Below are positions 45,631 to 55,709 of a stretch of DNA of 64,000 bases, in pieces. Each line of letters opens with the position of its first letter. The first letter of the stretch is position 1. Below the pieces are notes generated by a model, which was not told the origin of the DNA, searched no databases, and saw only the letters and a list, made by a program, of their open reading frames with translations. The position numbers and the translations under genes were made by a program. Location of the stretch: the IMG/VR virus record IMGVR_UViG_3300043418_000114, positions 1 to 64,000 of that record. The stretch is one strand, 5' to 3'.

Positions 45631-46641
45631 ATGATAGAATTAAAAACAGCAGAACAAGTTATTCAATTTATGAATAACGGCGAGATTAGCTTAAGTAGAT
45701 ATGATGAAAAATTCATATCTAGCCTATCTACGATCAAAAGAGTAACAACTAATCAAGTTGAATTATTCTATAAGCTGATTTACAAATACGCTAGACAGCT
45801 AAGTAAGCATGAACTAAATGCAGAGACTTTGATTAATCTGCCATGGACAATGCCGGTTGTTGAGTCATTGCCAGAGTATACCAATGGGCACATTGAAATC
45901 ATCGATAACTTGCTTACGTTTAAATGTCCATTTAATCGAACATTTGTCACTGAATTCAGAAAGCAAGAAAACAATACGTTCACTTGGCATGCCGAAAACA
46001 GACGGTATGAATCTCTATTCAGTCCTTATGCATTGCAATTATTGCTTAATACTGCATCAAAGATTTACAAAGATGTTCGTCTTTGTCCAGTCACTCATAA
46101 GCTGATAGATGACTTGCATCCATATGCAACGTGTACTAATTGGGACCCTACCTTAAAGCTGATTAACGGCAATCTAATGATTGCGTCAACTAATCCAATT
46201 ATCGACGAACTTACTAAAGATATTCCACTTGAACTAACAATGGAATCCTTGAACAAGTTTGCAGAATTTGGTATCGAGTCTTCTAAGGAAGTATACGGCG
46301 ATGACAAGAGACTTGAATTCGCAGGCTCTATTGTATTCACACAAGAGGCAAATGCCATCATAAATATCATACCATGGTTACAAGAATTAGAGTGTGACAT
46401 GGTTTATATCTCTGGCGGTGCTGGCTTGACGCCATATCGATCTGCCCTAATGCGAGGACTTAAAGAAGCCAATATGCCACATTATGAATTAAGTGGCTTT
46501 AATAAAAAAATGACGCCGGCAACATCATACAAATTCCCTGTACTGATTAAATTGCGACCTAGCTTTGATAACGGACATGAACCACACAAGGTGTCCAAGA
46601 TTATCAACGTTAGAAATTCCGAACCTATCCATATTAAATGA
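45631..46641 (+). CDS. hypothetical protein upstream of helicase
   Basis: 336 aa. Confidence 0.75.
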   Translation: MIELKTAEQVIQFMNNGEISLSRYDEKFISSLSTIKRVTTNQVELFYKLIYKYARQLSKHELNAETLINLPWTMPVVESLPEYTNGHIEIIDNLLTFKCPFNRTFVTEFRKQENNTFTWHAENRRYESLFSPYALQLLLNTASKIYKDVRLCPVTHKLIDDLHPYATCTNWDPTLKLINGNLMIASTNPIIDELTKDIPLELTMESLNKFAEFGIESSKEVYGDDKRLEFAGSIVFTQEANAIINIIPWLQELECDMVYISGGAGLTPYRSALMRGLKEANMPHYELSGFNKKMTPATSYKFPVLIKLRPSFDNGHEPHKVSKIINVRNSEPIHIK

Positions 46642-48125
46642 AACAGTGTAAACTAATAATCAAAGATGAAGTAAACGTAAAGATTGAAGGCCTAGACCTA
46701 ACAGAGCGAAAAACTCTGATGAAGCTATTTGAATATAGTGTTCCAGGTGCTCGTTATCTACCAAGTGTCAGGTTAGGCAGATGGAACGGTAAAGTAAGTT
46801 ATTTCAGTTTAGGCGGTAGCAGTTATATCAACTTACTACCAGAGATTCTTCCAGTATTAGACAATGCAAACTATGACATTGAATTAGTAGACTTACGAGA
46901 CTACAAAACAACGTTCGAGTTTGAAAAAGTTACCGAAGAAACATTCAAGCACAAACTTTGGCCAGCAAAACACGTGATGGCGGGAAAGCCAGTTGTCTTA
47001 CGTGATTATCAAATTGAAATTATCAACAATTTCTTAGCTAATCCACAGTCTATTCAGGAAGTAGCTACAGGAGCAGGCAAAACGCTCACCACTGCGGCCC
47101 TTTCCTTGAGTGTAGAGAACTATGGTCGAAGCATTGTTATCGTCCCTAACAAAGACCTAGTGCGTCAAACAGAAGCTGACTATATCAACCTAGGGCTAGA
47201 CGTTGGTGTTTACTTTGGTGATCGCAAAGAGCATGGCAAAACTCATACCATCTGCACATGGCAATCATTAAACAACATGATGAAGAACACCAAAGCAGGT
47301 GAAGCAGAAGTGCCAATCGGTGAATTCATTGAAGGTGTCGTTTGTGTCATGGTTGACGAAGTTCACATGGCAAAAGCTGATGCATTGAAAGCATTGATGA
47401 CTGGTCCATTTGCTCATGTGCCAATTCGCTGGGGCCTGACTGGTACTATTCCAAAAGAAAAGTTCGAATCACAATCCTTATTCGTATCAATTGGTCCAGT
47501 TATCGGCAAGCTAAGTGCAAGTGAATTACAAGACAAGGGTGTTCTAGCACAGTGCCACGTAAACATTGTACAGCTACAAGACGGTGTTGAATTTAGCAAC
47601 TACCAGAGTGAGTTGAAGTATCTCACAGAAAATGGACAGCGATTGGATGCTATCTCTGAATTGGTCTCAAAGATTAAAGAGACTGGTAACACCCTAATTC
47701 TAGTTGATCGTATCAGTGCTGGCAATGAATTGCAACGTAGACTAAGTGATATATTTAGTTTACTCAAGGATGCACCTGATGTTGTGTTCGTTTCAGGTAA
47801 TACAAAGATTGATGATAGACGGGAAGAGTATGAAGATTTTGCAACAGCTACTAACAAAGTTTTTATCGCTACGTATGGCGTGGCCGCTGTTGGTATTAAT
47901 ATACCTCGCATCTTTAACCTGGTTCTGTTGGAGCCTGGCAAGTCGTTTGTCCGAGTTATTCAGTCAATAGGTCGTGGCATTCGTAAAGCTGACGACAAAG
48001 ACTTTGTTCAAATTTGGGATATCACTAGCTCATGTAAGTTTGCCAAGCGCCACTTGACCCAACGCAAAGCATACTACAAAGAAGCCAATTATCCGTTTGA
48101 CGTTGAGAAAATGAAATACAAGTGA
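46638..48125 (+). CDS. uvsW: SF2 DNA helicase, UvsW-like
   Basis: LRDYQ, ATGAGKT, DEVH, GLTGT, QSIGRGIR. Confidence 0.88.
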   Translation: MKQCKLIIKDEVNVKIEGLDLTERKTLMKLFEYSVPGARYLPSVRLGRWNGKVSYFSLGGSSYINLLPEILPVLDNANYDIELVDLRDYKTTFEFEKVTEETFKHKLWPAKHVMAGKPVVLRDYQIEIINNFLANPQSIQEVATGAGKTLTTAALSLSVENYGRSIVIVPNKDLVRQTEADYINLGLDVGVYFGDRKEHGKTHTICTWQSLNNMMKNTKAGEAEVPIGEFIEGVVCVMVDEVHMAKADALKALMTGPFAHVPIRWGLTGTIPKEKFESQSLFVSIGPVIGKLSASELQDKGVLAQCHVNIVQLQDGVEFSNYQSELKYLTENGQRLDAISELVSKIKETGNTLILVDRISAGNELQRRLSDIFSLLKDAPDVVFVSGNTKIDDRREEYEDFATATNKVFIATYGVAAVGINIPRIFNLVLLEPGKSFVRVIQSIGRGIRKADDKDFVQIWDITSSCKFAKRHLTQRKAYYKEANYPFDVEKMKYK

Positions 48126-48137
48126 TAGCCGAAAACA

Positions 48138-48166
48138 TTGATAATTTAGTATTAATGTAATAGAAT
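48138..48166 (+). promoter_or_regulatory. sigma70-type promoter
   Basis: TTGATA-N17-TAGAAT. Confidence 0.65.
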
Positions 48167-48186
48167 GTAACTAATAGGAGAAATAT

Positions 48187-48489
48187 ATGGCAAAGAAAAA
48201 AGTAATGTCTGATATCTTTGAATTCGACGATGCCGATGAATATGAAACAGAATGGCGCGGCATGCCAGGGTTCAATCAACCAGATAATGGTGCATTCAGA
48301 CAGATTATCATTTCATTCGATGATCAAGCTGGCGTAGATGCGTTTGCTAGAGCAATCGGACAGACACTGACACCGAAAACAAAATCAGTTTGGTACCCAC
48401 CACGTCCAACTAATAAAGTGTTTGACTTGTTCTACTTTGACGAAAACACAGCACCACAAGAAGGCAAGGAAGAAGATGGCACAGCCTAA
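48187..48489 (+). CDS. small protein coupled to glycosyltransferase
   Basis: AGGAG RBS; EWRGMPGFNQ...KSVWYP. Confidence 0.75.
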   Translation: MAKKKVMSDIFEFDDADEYETEWRGMPGFNQPDNGAFRQIIISFDDQAGVDAFARAIGQTLTPKTKSVWYPPRPTNKVFDLFYFDENTAPQEGKEEDGTA

Positions 48490-49423
48490 GTATCCTCTGT
48501 ACATTCCAACAAAGGGTCGTGCTGATAGTCGATTGACAAGTAAAGCACTTGAGTTTATGAAAGTGCCACATTATCTTGTCGTAGAGCCACAAGAGTGTGA
48601 CATGTACCGAGAACATATTGCATTGTGGGAAAAAGAAACAGGTCTAACATCATGTGCTACCGTACTTGAGATGGATCTAAACTACAAACTCACGTATGAA
48701 CTACTTGACGATCTAGGACAAACTCGATCAACAGGTCCTGGCCCTGCACGTAATTTTGCATGGGATCATTCCATCAAAAATGGTCATGAGTGGCATTGGG
48801 TGATGGATGATAATATTAGAAACTTCCTGCGATTGCACAACAACCTAAAAATCAAAGTAGGTGATGGCACTTGTTTCCGTGTCATGGAAGATTTCTGTGA
48901 TCGTTATGAAAACGTCATGATGGCAGGGCCCAACTATCGTTCGTTTGCCTCACAGAATGCTAGCATGCCTCCGTTTGTTAAGAACACTCGTATCTACTCA
49001 TGTAACTTGATTCGCAATGATAGTAAGTGGGTCACTGGTGATCGTGCAGGTCAACCATTCCGCTGGCGTGGTCGCTATAACGAAGATACGATTATCTCGT
49101 TAGATATGTTGACTCAAGGATTCTGCACAGTGCAGTTTAATGCATTCTTGCAAGATAAACTCCGTACTCAAGTTCTTGGTGGTGGCAACACAGCAGAATT
49201 CTATGCTAAAGAAGGCACTGCACCAAAGAGTCGTATGCTCCAAGAAGCATATCCTGAATACACAGAACTTGTCTGGAAGTTCCAACGTGAGCATCATCAC
49301 GTGAACTATTTGCCATTCAAAGACATGAAGCTAAAGCGTAAGCCAGGTGTAAATCCAACTGGCGTCAATGACTATGGCATGAAAGTATACAGACTGCCAG
49401 ATGACTTCCCAGGCAGAGTTTAA
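48476..49423 (+). CDS. GREB1/TAGT-like GT-A glycosyltransferase
   Basis: YPLYIPTKGR, HWVMDDNI, YSCNLI, RGRYNEDT, TQVLGGGNT. Confidence 0.7.
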   Translation: MAQPKYPLYIPTKGRADSRLTSKALEFMKVPHYLVVEPQECDMYREHIALWEKETGLTSCATVLEMDLNYKLTYELLDDLGQTRSTGPGPARNFAWDHSIKNGHEWHWVMDDNIRNFLRLHNNLKIKVGDGTCFRVMEDFCDRYENVMMAGPNYRSFASQNASMPPFVKNTRIYSCNLIRNDSKWVTGDRAGQPFRWRGRYNEDTIISLDMLTQGFCTVQFNAFLQDKLRTQVLGGGNTAEFYAKEGTAPKSRMLQEAYPEYTELVWKFQREHHHVNYLPFKDMKLKRKPGVNPTGVNDYGMKVYRLPDDFPGRV

Positions 49424-49438
49424 ACCAGAGACAATCAA

Positions 49439-49939
49439 ATGCGAATTTTAACCCTAGATAACACTTACTATAACTTAGAGACACTACCAGACGAAATCGA
49501 TGATTTGCGTTTTGCTATTCTCGACAACTCAAACCCTACCAACGTAGACTATCATTATATTCCTCTAATCTTTTTGGAATCATTCAGTGCGCCAGCATTA
49601 GTTCTTAAGATTGGTGATGCTACAATTAAGATGCCAGTTGATTGGCAGATTCTGATCGGCGAGAAAGAACATGGCGACTTAGAAACATTGCCACTAACAA
49701 GTATCAATGATCGTGGCTTTAATGCGTTTGAATTTAATCCACTTAGTTCATTCAGTCCAAGTTTCTTGCCAATTGAGATTGTAGACATATATCATGACGT
49801 AACTTGGTATGCACCTCGATTGAAGAATGGACAATTCTTATGTGTGCCACTAGATGATAGTCCTAAACCACGATGTGTATACTTTGTTAAAGAGATTGGC
49901 AGAAACTGCGAAATCGTTGATTATTCCCAAGCATTTTAA
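49439..49939 (+). CDS. hypothetical phage protein
   Basis: 166 aa. Confidence 0.75.
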   Translation: MRILTLDNTYYNLETLPDEIDDLRFAILDNSNPTNVDYHYIPLIFLESFSAPALVLKIGDATIKMPVDWQILIGEKEHGDLETLPLTSINDRGFNAFEFNPLSSFSPSFLPIEIVDIYHDVTWYAPRLKNGQFLCVPLDDSPKPRCVYFVKEIGRNCEIVDYSQAF

Positions 49940-49941
49940 TT

Positions 49942-50535
49942 ATGGCAACTAAGAAACCTACTGTACCAACCGATGAAAAACTAGAGAACCAAGACCTCAA
50001 TATCTTTGATGTGTTGGCGGCGTTGGATCGCAAAGATTATGACTACTATGATAGACTGAGTGAAGCACAACAAAAGAAGTTTGTGCCTTACTTGATCATT
50101 CAATGGATGAGTGCAGTCAAGGCTTCTAGTGAAGTTCAAGGCTATTATGTTATGAGTACAGAGTATAATGCCAACAAATATTTGTTCAACGAGAACGTAC
50201 AGAAGCATTCTAAGCTACAATGGCTAATGTTGTGTGCGGCAAGTCCTGGTATTGGTAAGCAATTCCATCAGTGGATTCCCAACATTAGCCCTAAAGTTGC
50301 GAAGCTAGAAACACCTGCAAAGATCAAAGACATAAAAGATTACTACAAAAAAATCTATCCAAAAGCAGACAGTGCCGATATCGATGCAGTGAGTGAAGCA
50401 TTTGTCCATGATCACAAACGAAAATCAAAATTGGCCAGTCTATTTCCTAACCTAAAGTTAGCTGATATTGAAACCCTAAATCAAGTTATCACAGACGAAG
50501 AAATTGAGAAATATGAGAAAGACCTCGGTAATTGA
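49942..50535 (+). CDS. possible clamp-loader small subunit (gp62-like)
   Basis: FVPYLIIQWMS and LQWLMLCAASPGIGKQFHQWI resemble gp62 patterns from memory. Confidence 0.45.
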   Translation: MATKKPTVPTDEKLENQDLNIFDVLAALDRKDYDYYDRLSEAQQKKFVPYLIIQWMSAVKASSEVQGYYVMSTEYNANKYLFNENVQKHSKLQWLMLCAASPGIGKQFHQWIPNISPKVAKLETPAKIKDIKDYYKKIYPKADSADIDAVSEAFVHDHKRKSKLASLFPNLKLADIETLNQVITDEEIEKYEKDLGN

Positions 50536-51217
50536 CAAGCCATTGAAATATGGATGTGAATTCTGTAAGCGTGAATTTGTAAAAGAAACAACGATGCTCA
50601 ATCACATCTGTGAATACAAACACAGATGGTTAGAAAAAGACAAACACAGCAACCGTGTTGGCTTTCAGGCATGGCTACAGTTCTATCAAAAGAACACAGC
50701 AAGCAAGAAAACCAAGACGTATGAAGAATTCATTAAATCAGCGTATTACACCGCGTTCATTAAGTTCGGTGCGTATTGCGTCGGAGTCAATGCTATCAAT
50801 ATCAGTCGATTTGTTGATTGGCTACTCAAGAATCAAATCAAGATTGACAACTGGTGTACTGATACTACATACAACAAGTATCTTGTTGAATACTTACGCA
50901 GTGAAGATCCATTTGATGCTATTCACCGTAGCATAGAAACAACAATCGAATGGGCAGAGAAAGATAATATTCAGCCGCGTGATTATCTACGCTATGGCAA
51001 CGCCAACCGTATCTGTCAGTTGATTAGCAACGGCAAGATATCTCCATGGTTGTTGTTTCAGAGCAACAGTGGTGTTAACTTTTTAGACACATTGACTCAG
51101 GATCATGTTAAACTGATATTTGATTATATTAACCCCGAACAATGGGCATTGAAATTTCACAGAGATCCAGAAAATGTCAGAGCAATCAAAGAAATCCTCA
51201 CTGCTGGGGGGTATTGA
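50513..51217 (+). CDS. hypothetical protein with N-terminal zinc finger
   Basis: CEFC...HIC. Confidence 0.7.
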   Translation: MRKTSVIDKPLKYGCEFCKREFVKETTMLNHICEYKHRWLEKDKHSNRVGFQAWLQFYQKNTASKKTKTYEEFIKSAYYTAFIKFGAYCVGVNAINISRFVDWLLKNQIKIDNWCTDTTYNKYLVEYLRSEDPFDAIHRSIETTIEWAEKDNIQPRDYLRYGNANRICQLISNGKISPWLLFQSNSGVNFLDTLTQDHVKLIFDYINPEQWALKFHRDPENVRAIKEILTAGGY

Positions 51218-51419
51218 CGTTGACCACGATTTTCGTGTAAAGATACCCTTTAACAATGTCTATGGGATGGTAAGTGACTGGCACGAACATTGTGCTACAG
51301 CAATTGAAATGTTTGGATTGCCCGGTGACAAGTTCACGTGTAGAATTACACATTCAGACATGGAGTTTTGGTTTCGTGATGAAAAAGATGCTATAATGTT
51401 TGAACTATGTTGCGGTTAA
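51174..51419 (+). CDS. LRW-array protein
   Basis: ends FWFRDEKDAIMFELCCG. Confidence 0.7.
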   Translation: MSEQSKKSSLLGGIDVDHDFRVKIPFNNVYGMVSDWHEHCATAIEMFGLPGDKFTCRITHSDMEFWFRDEKDAIMFELCCG

Positions 51420-51823
51420 AAGCAAGAATTCGCAAATGGAAAGCCGAGCGTAAACTCAAAAAGAGTGGATACGAGTCTTGGTCACAGTATAAACGCAATC
51501 GTGATGATGCAGTTAATGCGTATGCAAATGATGTTGACGAGTTCTACACTGGTTATCCATATGTGTATGCTTGTCTAGACTATAATCATTATGCATATAG
51601 CACACTATGGGACTATGGACCAGGTGGTCGCAGGCATGGCTGGCATGACATGATAGACTGGTGCGAAGAAAAGATAAGATGGAACTATCGATGTGATGTT
51701 CATTGTGTCTGGAAGAATGTTTGGGGCAAAATGGAGTTGAATGATATCGGAGGTCATGATATAATCTATTTCGCGTTCAAGCATGAACGAGATTATGTAC
51801 TGTTTATGTTGAGGTGGTCATGA
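51407..51823 (+). CDS. LRW-array protein (long)
   Basis: ends FAFKHERDYVLFMLRWS. Confidence 0.75.
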   Translation: MLRLKARIRKWKAERKLKKSGYESWSQYKRNRDDAVNAYANDVDEFYTGYPYVYACLDYNHYAYSTLWDYGPGGRRHGWHDMIDWCEEKIRWNYRCDVHCVWKNVWGKMELNDIGGHDIIYFAFKHERDYVLFMLRWS

Positions 51824-52038
51824 AATACTACAAGGCAAAGTTGCCAGAAGCCTATGCACGAGTAAAGTGGTGCAAAGAGGTGTTCGGCCGACCGTTTCAA
51901 GACGTACCTCAAGGCCAACGTAAGTGGCAAGACATGCGATGGTATAGAAATAAGGGCTATCTCTATTTCAAGGATGAAAAAGATTACATGTGGTATCAAT
52001 TAGTTTGGAGTGAACACCATGAGCAAAATAACACATAA
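51820..52038 (+). CDS. LRW-array protein
   Basis: LYFKDEKDYMWYQLVWS. Confidence 0.75.
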   Translation: MKYYKAKLPEAYARVKWCKEVFGRPFQDVPQGQRKWQDMRWYRNKGYLYFKDEKDYMWYQLVWSEHHEQNNT

Positions 52039-52261
52039 CACAGCGCACTATCATGGTAGCCAAAAAAACATCCATGAAGTAAAATGGGACCCAAGTGAAA
52101 TTGATGGTCGTGAAATCAAACGCTGGTGCATTCAGAACTTTGGCAAGTCTGGATATCAAGATGAAATCGAATGTGCTAGGTGGCTAGAAGAATTCGACAA
52201 GCATTCAATTACACTACTAAAGGATGAAGACTTAACTCTTTTCTTGTTGAGGTGGGAATGA
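52019..52261 (+). CDS. LRW-array protein
   Basis: ends KDEDLTLFLLRWE. Confidence 0.75.
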   Translation: MSKITHNTAHYHGSQKNIHEVKWDPSEIDGREIKRWCIQNFGKSGYQDEIECARWLEEFDKHSITLLKDEDLTLFLLRWE

Positions 52262-52494
52262 AAGTTGAAATTAAGTTTGTTCCAGAGAAACGACCCTATC
52301 ATGTTGATGTTAGGTGGAAGTCTAGAAATGATTGGAATGCATTAGAAGCATACTCATGGTGCGAGAAAAACTTTGGTCACAGAAATGACAAGTATGACAA
52401 CCCTCGCTGGTATGCTAACCCACGATACTTCACTGGAGACTTTAAGTTTCGTGACAAAAAAGATGCTGAATGGTTCTTGTTGAGGTGGGCATGA
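52258..52494 (+). CDS. LRW-array protein
   Basis: ends FKFRDKKDAEWFLLRWA. Confidence 0.8.
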   Translation: MKVEIKFVPEKRPYHVDVRWKSRNDWNALEAYSWCEKNFGHRNDKYDNPRWYANPRYFTGDFKFRDKKDAEWFLLRWA

Positions 52495-52706
52495 AATTAT
52501 ACATTAATAAACACTCAGATGATGTGGGTGAGCGTCGATTGCCACAATGGTGGTCTAACTTTGTAGAGTCAGTTGGACTAACCAAATGGCCAGATGAAGT
52601 ATTACCTAACTACAATGCATCGTTTGGAATTGATGACAATGAAGATATGTATTTACTATTCAATCACGACAGCGATGCCACCTATTTCTTGTTATTATGG
52701 TCATGA
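52491..52706 (+). CDS. LRW-array protein
   Basis: ends LFNHDSDATYFLLLWS. Confidence 0.75.
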   Translation: MKLYINKHSDDVGERRLPQWWSNFVESVGLTKWPDEVLPNYNASFGIDDNEDMYLLFNHDSDATYFLLLWS

Positions 52707-52915
52707 AGTATTACGCACCAATCAGTCCATCTCACAAAAATCTATCAGAAGAATGGAATCGATTTAGTTATTTCAAGCGATTGGAATACGATGACAACTT
52801 TTGGGACTGGGTGAAAAGAGAGCAGAAAGCAACTATGGATATTCATAGTCGTCCAGAAAGATGGATTTTTAATAAGCACGAAGATTGTATGGTGTTTATA
52901 TTGAGGTGGGCATGA
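52703..52915 (+). CDS. LRW-array protein
   Basis: ends IFNKHEDCMVFILRWA. Confidence 0.75.
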   Translation: MKYYAPISPSHKNLSEEWNRFSYFKRLEYDDNFWDWVKREQKATMDIHSRPERWIFNKHEDCMVFILRWA

Positions 52916-53202
52916 CATATAGACCAGATACTAATTCACCAGATTGGGTACGCAGTAAACTACCACCTGAGCGTGACAAGCTCTATGGAGATAGACTGTA
53001 TTATGTTGAGCCTGGTTGTGAATATGGCTTCCGAGAAGATGATGGCTATGTTTGGAATCGAATAAGCTGTAGCTATTGGTTTGGTGACTGGATCGAAGCG
53101 AACGGTAGAGCAGATCAATGGCGTATCTATGGTGGTCGTCACCGTGCTATCTATATTGTACGTGAAGACTTGATGGTGTTTATACGATTGAAATTTCTTT
53201 GA
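52912..53202 (+). CDS. LRW-array protein (divergent)
   Basis: ends VREDLMVFIRLKFL. Confidence 0.7.
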   Translation: MTYRPDTNSPDWVRSKLPPERDKLYGDRLYYVEPGCEYGFREDDGYVWNRISCSYWFGDWIEANGRADQWRIYGGRHRAIYIVREDLMVFIRLKFL

Positions 53203-53203
53203 T

Positions 53204-53464
53204 ATGACAGGATTCAAAAGCAAAAAAGCCATGAGTGCAAGATTCACTTTGGTAACAGATTCAAAGTACAAATTCAGTCGCAATTGGTACAGTGCATCAT
53301 TCAATCTTAAAGATTATGATGCAGTTGATGAATGGTGTGAACAACAGTTTGGCCCTCAAGATAGGCGACCAGACTCTTGGTCACGTTGGTGGCATAAGTT
53401 TGAGACTAGTATTCTTTTTCGTGATGAAAAAGATTATATGTTATTTGTGTTAAGATGGTCGTAA
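53204..53464 (+). CDS. LRW-array protein
   Basis: ends LFRDEKDYMLFVLRWS. Confidence 0.8.
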   Translation: MTGFKSKKAMSARFTLVTDSKYKFSRNWYSASFNLKDYDAVDEWCEQQFGPQDRRPDSWSRWWHKFETSILFRDEKDYMLFVLRWS

Positions 53465-53465
53465 T

Positions 53466-53720
53466 ATGAAACCTCGCATAGAACCAGAAACAGTATCTGC
53501 TATTTACAAATCATGGCTACGAGCGTGTGGCCTTGATGGCGAGTCGCTGAGTTATTGGAGCAATGACATTCATCGAGTTAATCTAAGTTTTGGAAATCCT
53601 AAACACTTTGACGAATATGTTTGGGGTTGCGGTGGTAGAATCTACCAAGAAAATGGCAAGCGATACATTGAATTCTTTGAAGATTCGAACTTGACTATGT
53701 TTTTATTGAAGTGGCTATAA
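53466..53720 (+). CDS. LRW-array protein
   Basis: ends EFFEDSNLTMFLLKWL. Confidence 0.75.
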   Translation: MKPRIEPETVSAIYKSWLRACGLDGESLSYWSNDIHRVNLSFGNPKHFDEYVWGCGGRIYQENGKRYIEFFEDSNLTMFLLKWL

Positions 53721-53923
53721 TGGAGTATCAACGTTATCCTCAATATACTAGCAATTACACGAATGTAATTGTGAGTCAGGACTGGCGGAGCGCGATGAAA
53801 GCAGATCAAGTTGCTTGGTTGAAGAATCATCAAGGTGGAATGTATCATATTCATCGTAGTGGCACTGCTATCAAGTTTGAGCGCAAAGAAGATGCTGAAT
53901 GGTTTATCTTGAGGTTTCTATGA
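53720..53923 (+). CDS. LRW-array protein
   Basis: ends KFERKEDAEWFILRFL. Confidence 0.75.
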   Translation: MEYQRYPQYTSNYTNVIVSQDWRSAMKADQVAWLKNHQGGMYHIHRSGTAIKFERKEDAEWFILRFL

Positions 53924-54177
53924 AAGTATTGAGATACAACGCGAAATATGACAAGTCTAATGAGTCTTTTGAGACCTGGAAAAAAGTCAATAATGTCATT
54001 CAACAAAACATGACTCCTGAAATCAAAAAGCGATGGCTTATAGATGGTTATATAGGACTCAATGAATGTGCATTAGATTACTTTGGAATCAATCGTATCT
54101 ATCGTGACAACAACCAATCTACTGTATTCGAATTCACTGAGCACCAGTGGACTATGTTTGTGTTGAGGTGGCTATGA
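53920..54177 (+). CDS. LRW-array protein
   Basis: ends EFTEHQWTMFVLRWL. Confidence 0.75.
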   Translation: MKVLRYNAKYDKSNESFETWKKVNNVIQQNMTPEIKKRWLIDGYIGLNECALDYFGINRIYRDNNQSTVFEFTEHQWTMFVLRWL

Positions 54178-54446
54178 TTAGAGTAATGATATCCGACCAT
54201 GGCAATGAATCACCATACATGTGGTGGTACAAGTTTCTCGGCAGTGTTAAGCCATCCAAGTATGGCATGACGGTTGAAGCCCGTATAGATGTTATCAACA
54301 CTGAATTAATGAATTGGTCCGCACAATTATGGCAAAATGAACCAATCCCGCATGAACTGGGTACTACTGTTTCCAAATATCGTAACGTTTATCTTGACTT
54401 TTATGACGAGCAGGCGCATACTTGGTTTGTGTTGAGGTGGGCATGA
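54174..54446 (+). CDS. LRW-array protein
   Basis: ends DFYDEQAHTWFVLRWA. Confidence 0.75.
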   Translation: MIRVMISDHGNESPYMWWYKFLGSVKPSKYGMTVEARIDVINTELMNWSAQLWQNEPIPHELGTTVSKYRNVYLDFYDEQAHTWFVLRWA

Positions 54447-54652
54447 ACATAGAATTCAAATACAATCCATTTAAACAATACCCATGGAGATGGTACTATA
54501 GTCCACAGGGTGAAGAATTTGCCGAAGTTATGCTATGGTTGTATGACACATATGGTTCACCGATTCGCAATAGTAGATGGGACATCAATCGTGGCTGGAT
54601 TAGTTTTGCAGACAAAAAAGATGCTGAATGGTTTAAATTAAGATGGAGCTAG
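54443..54652 (+). CDS. LRW-array protein
   Basis: ends SFADKKDAEWFKLRWS. Confidence 0.8.
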   Translation: MNIEFKYNPFKQYPWRWYYSPQGEEFAEVMLWLYDTYGSPIRNSRWDINRGWISFADKKDAEWFKLRWS

Positions 54653-54897
54653 AACTATCTGAAGGTCGTGTAGCAGGAGCACGATATCACACAGCAAAGC
54701 CAATATTTAATATGGATGCTTTGTATGGGTTCGATGACACCACATGGAGATCAATGATTGAATGGTGCGTCAATACATATGGTTCTACTCCGTCTGACGG
54801 AGTGTGGACTCCTGGCTCACGATGGTATAGTAACAATGCTAAGTTCTGGTTCAGAGAGCGAAAAGACTTAGAGTGGTTTATCATTAGATGGCAATAA
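54643..54897 (+). CDS. LRW-array protein
   Basis: ends FWFRERKDLEWFIIRWQ. Confidence 0.8.
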   Translation: MELELSEGRVAGARYHTAKPIFNMDALYGFDDTTWRSMIEWCVNTYGSTPSDGVWTPGSRWYSNNAKFWFRERKDLEWFIIRWQ

Positions 54898-55133
54898 TAT
54901 TGCAAAATTACGATCAATCAAAAGGCTGGGAACTAACTCAGCCTGGTTGGTACGAGCATAAAATCACTATTGGTGAATCTAGTATGTCCGAAACATACGA
55001 AGAAGTATTGTATTGGTTGTATAATCGTATTGACAATTGTGAGCGCCATGCTAGATGGATAATCTCTAGGAATCTGATCAAAATCAGATTCAGGCATGAG
55101 CGTGACATAATACTATGTAGATTGAGTTTCTAA
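54888..55133 (+). CDS. LRW-array protein
   Basis: ends RFRHERDIILCRLSF. Confidence 0.7.
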   Translation: MAIILQNYDQSKGWELTQPGWYEHKITIGESSMSETYEEVLYWLYNRIDNCERHARWIISRNLIKIRFRHERDIILCRLSF

Positions 55134-55336
55134 TGACATTAGATTTGAATCCATTGCCTTATTATACAGCGATAGACATTATCAAGTGGTGCTTTGAAAA
55201 TAATGTAGACCGTGAAAAGGCAATCTTTTTGACTGAAATGATGGGCATAGTCCCTGATGATTGGCCAGCTGATTTAGAATGGACATTAGAGATTCCAGAA
55301 GCATATGCAACTTGGATAACATTGAGATTTACATGA
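55133..55336 (+). CDS. LRW-array protein (divergent)
   Basis: ends IPEAYATWITLRFT. Confidence 0.7.
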   Translation: MTLDLNPLPYYTAIDIIKWCFENNVDREKAIFLTEMMGIVPDDWPADLEWTLEIPEAYATWITLRFT

Positions 55337-55533
55337 TAAAGAGACAATATAACAGAGGACAACCTGGTTATTTTAATAACTTCATTTTATCGCATGACCC
55401 AGAAGGCACGATAGAAGAAGAATTAAAATTATACAAGGCTACTATAGCAAAAAGTAAAAACAAACATTACAGAATGAATGTAAAGTGGTATGACCACGAA
55501 CTATATGTAATTTTTGTATTGAGGTATTCATGA
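55333..55533 (+). CDS. LRW-array protein
   Basis: ends WYDHELYVIFVLRYS. Confidence 0.7.
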   Translation: MIKRQYNRGQPGYFNNFILSHDPEGTIEEELKLYKATIAKSKNKHYRMNVKWYDHELYVIFVLRYS

Positions 55534-55709
55534 CAACGATTACTATTCTTTGTCGTGTTACCTGGTGGGAACAATGTCAATGGATATATAAAAATTGCAC
55601 CGACGCTGTAGATAGAACAGACTGGGGATTGTGGCAATTAGGACAAAGTGATATTCACTTTGATTTAGATGAAAAAGACGCCGTATGGTTTAACTTAATG
55701 TGGGTATGA
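55530..55709 (+). CDS. LRW-array protein (59 aa, missed by ORF track)
   Basis: manual translation ends FDLDEKDAVWFNLMWV. Confidence 0.7.
   Translation: MTTITILCRVTWWEQCQWIYKNCTDAVDRTDWGLWQLGQSDIHFDLDEKDAVWFNLMWV

Noticed and set aside
55168-55177. AGCGATAGAC matching the NAD-leader core; other GATAGAC hits near 9.7, 50.05, 52.99 and 62.4 kb
   Set aside because: All lie inside coding sequence with no closing stem, no promoter and no RBS hairpin, so they are treated as chance.
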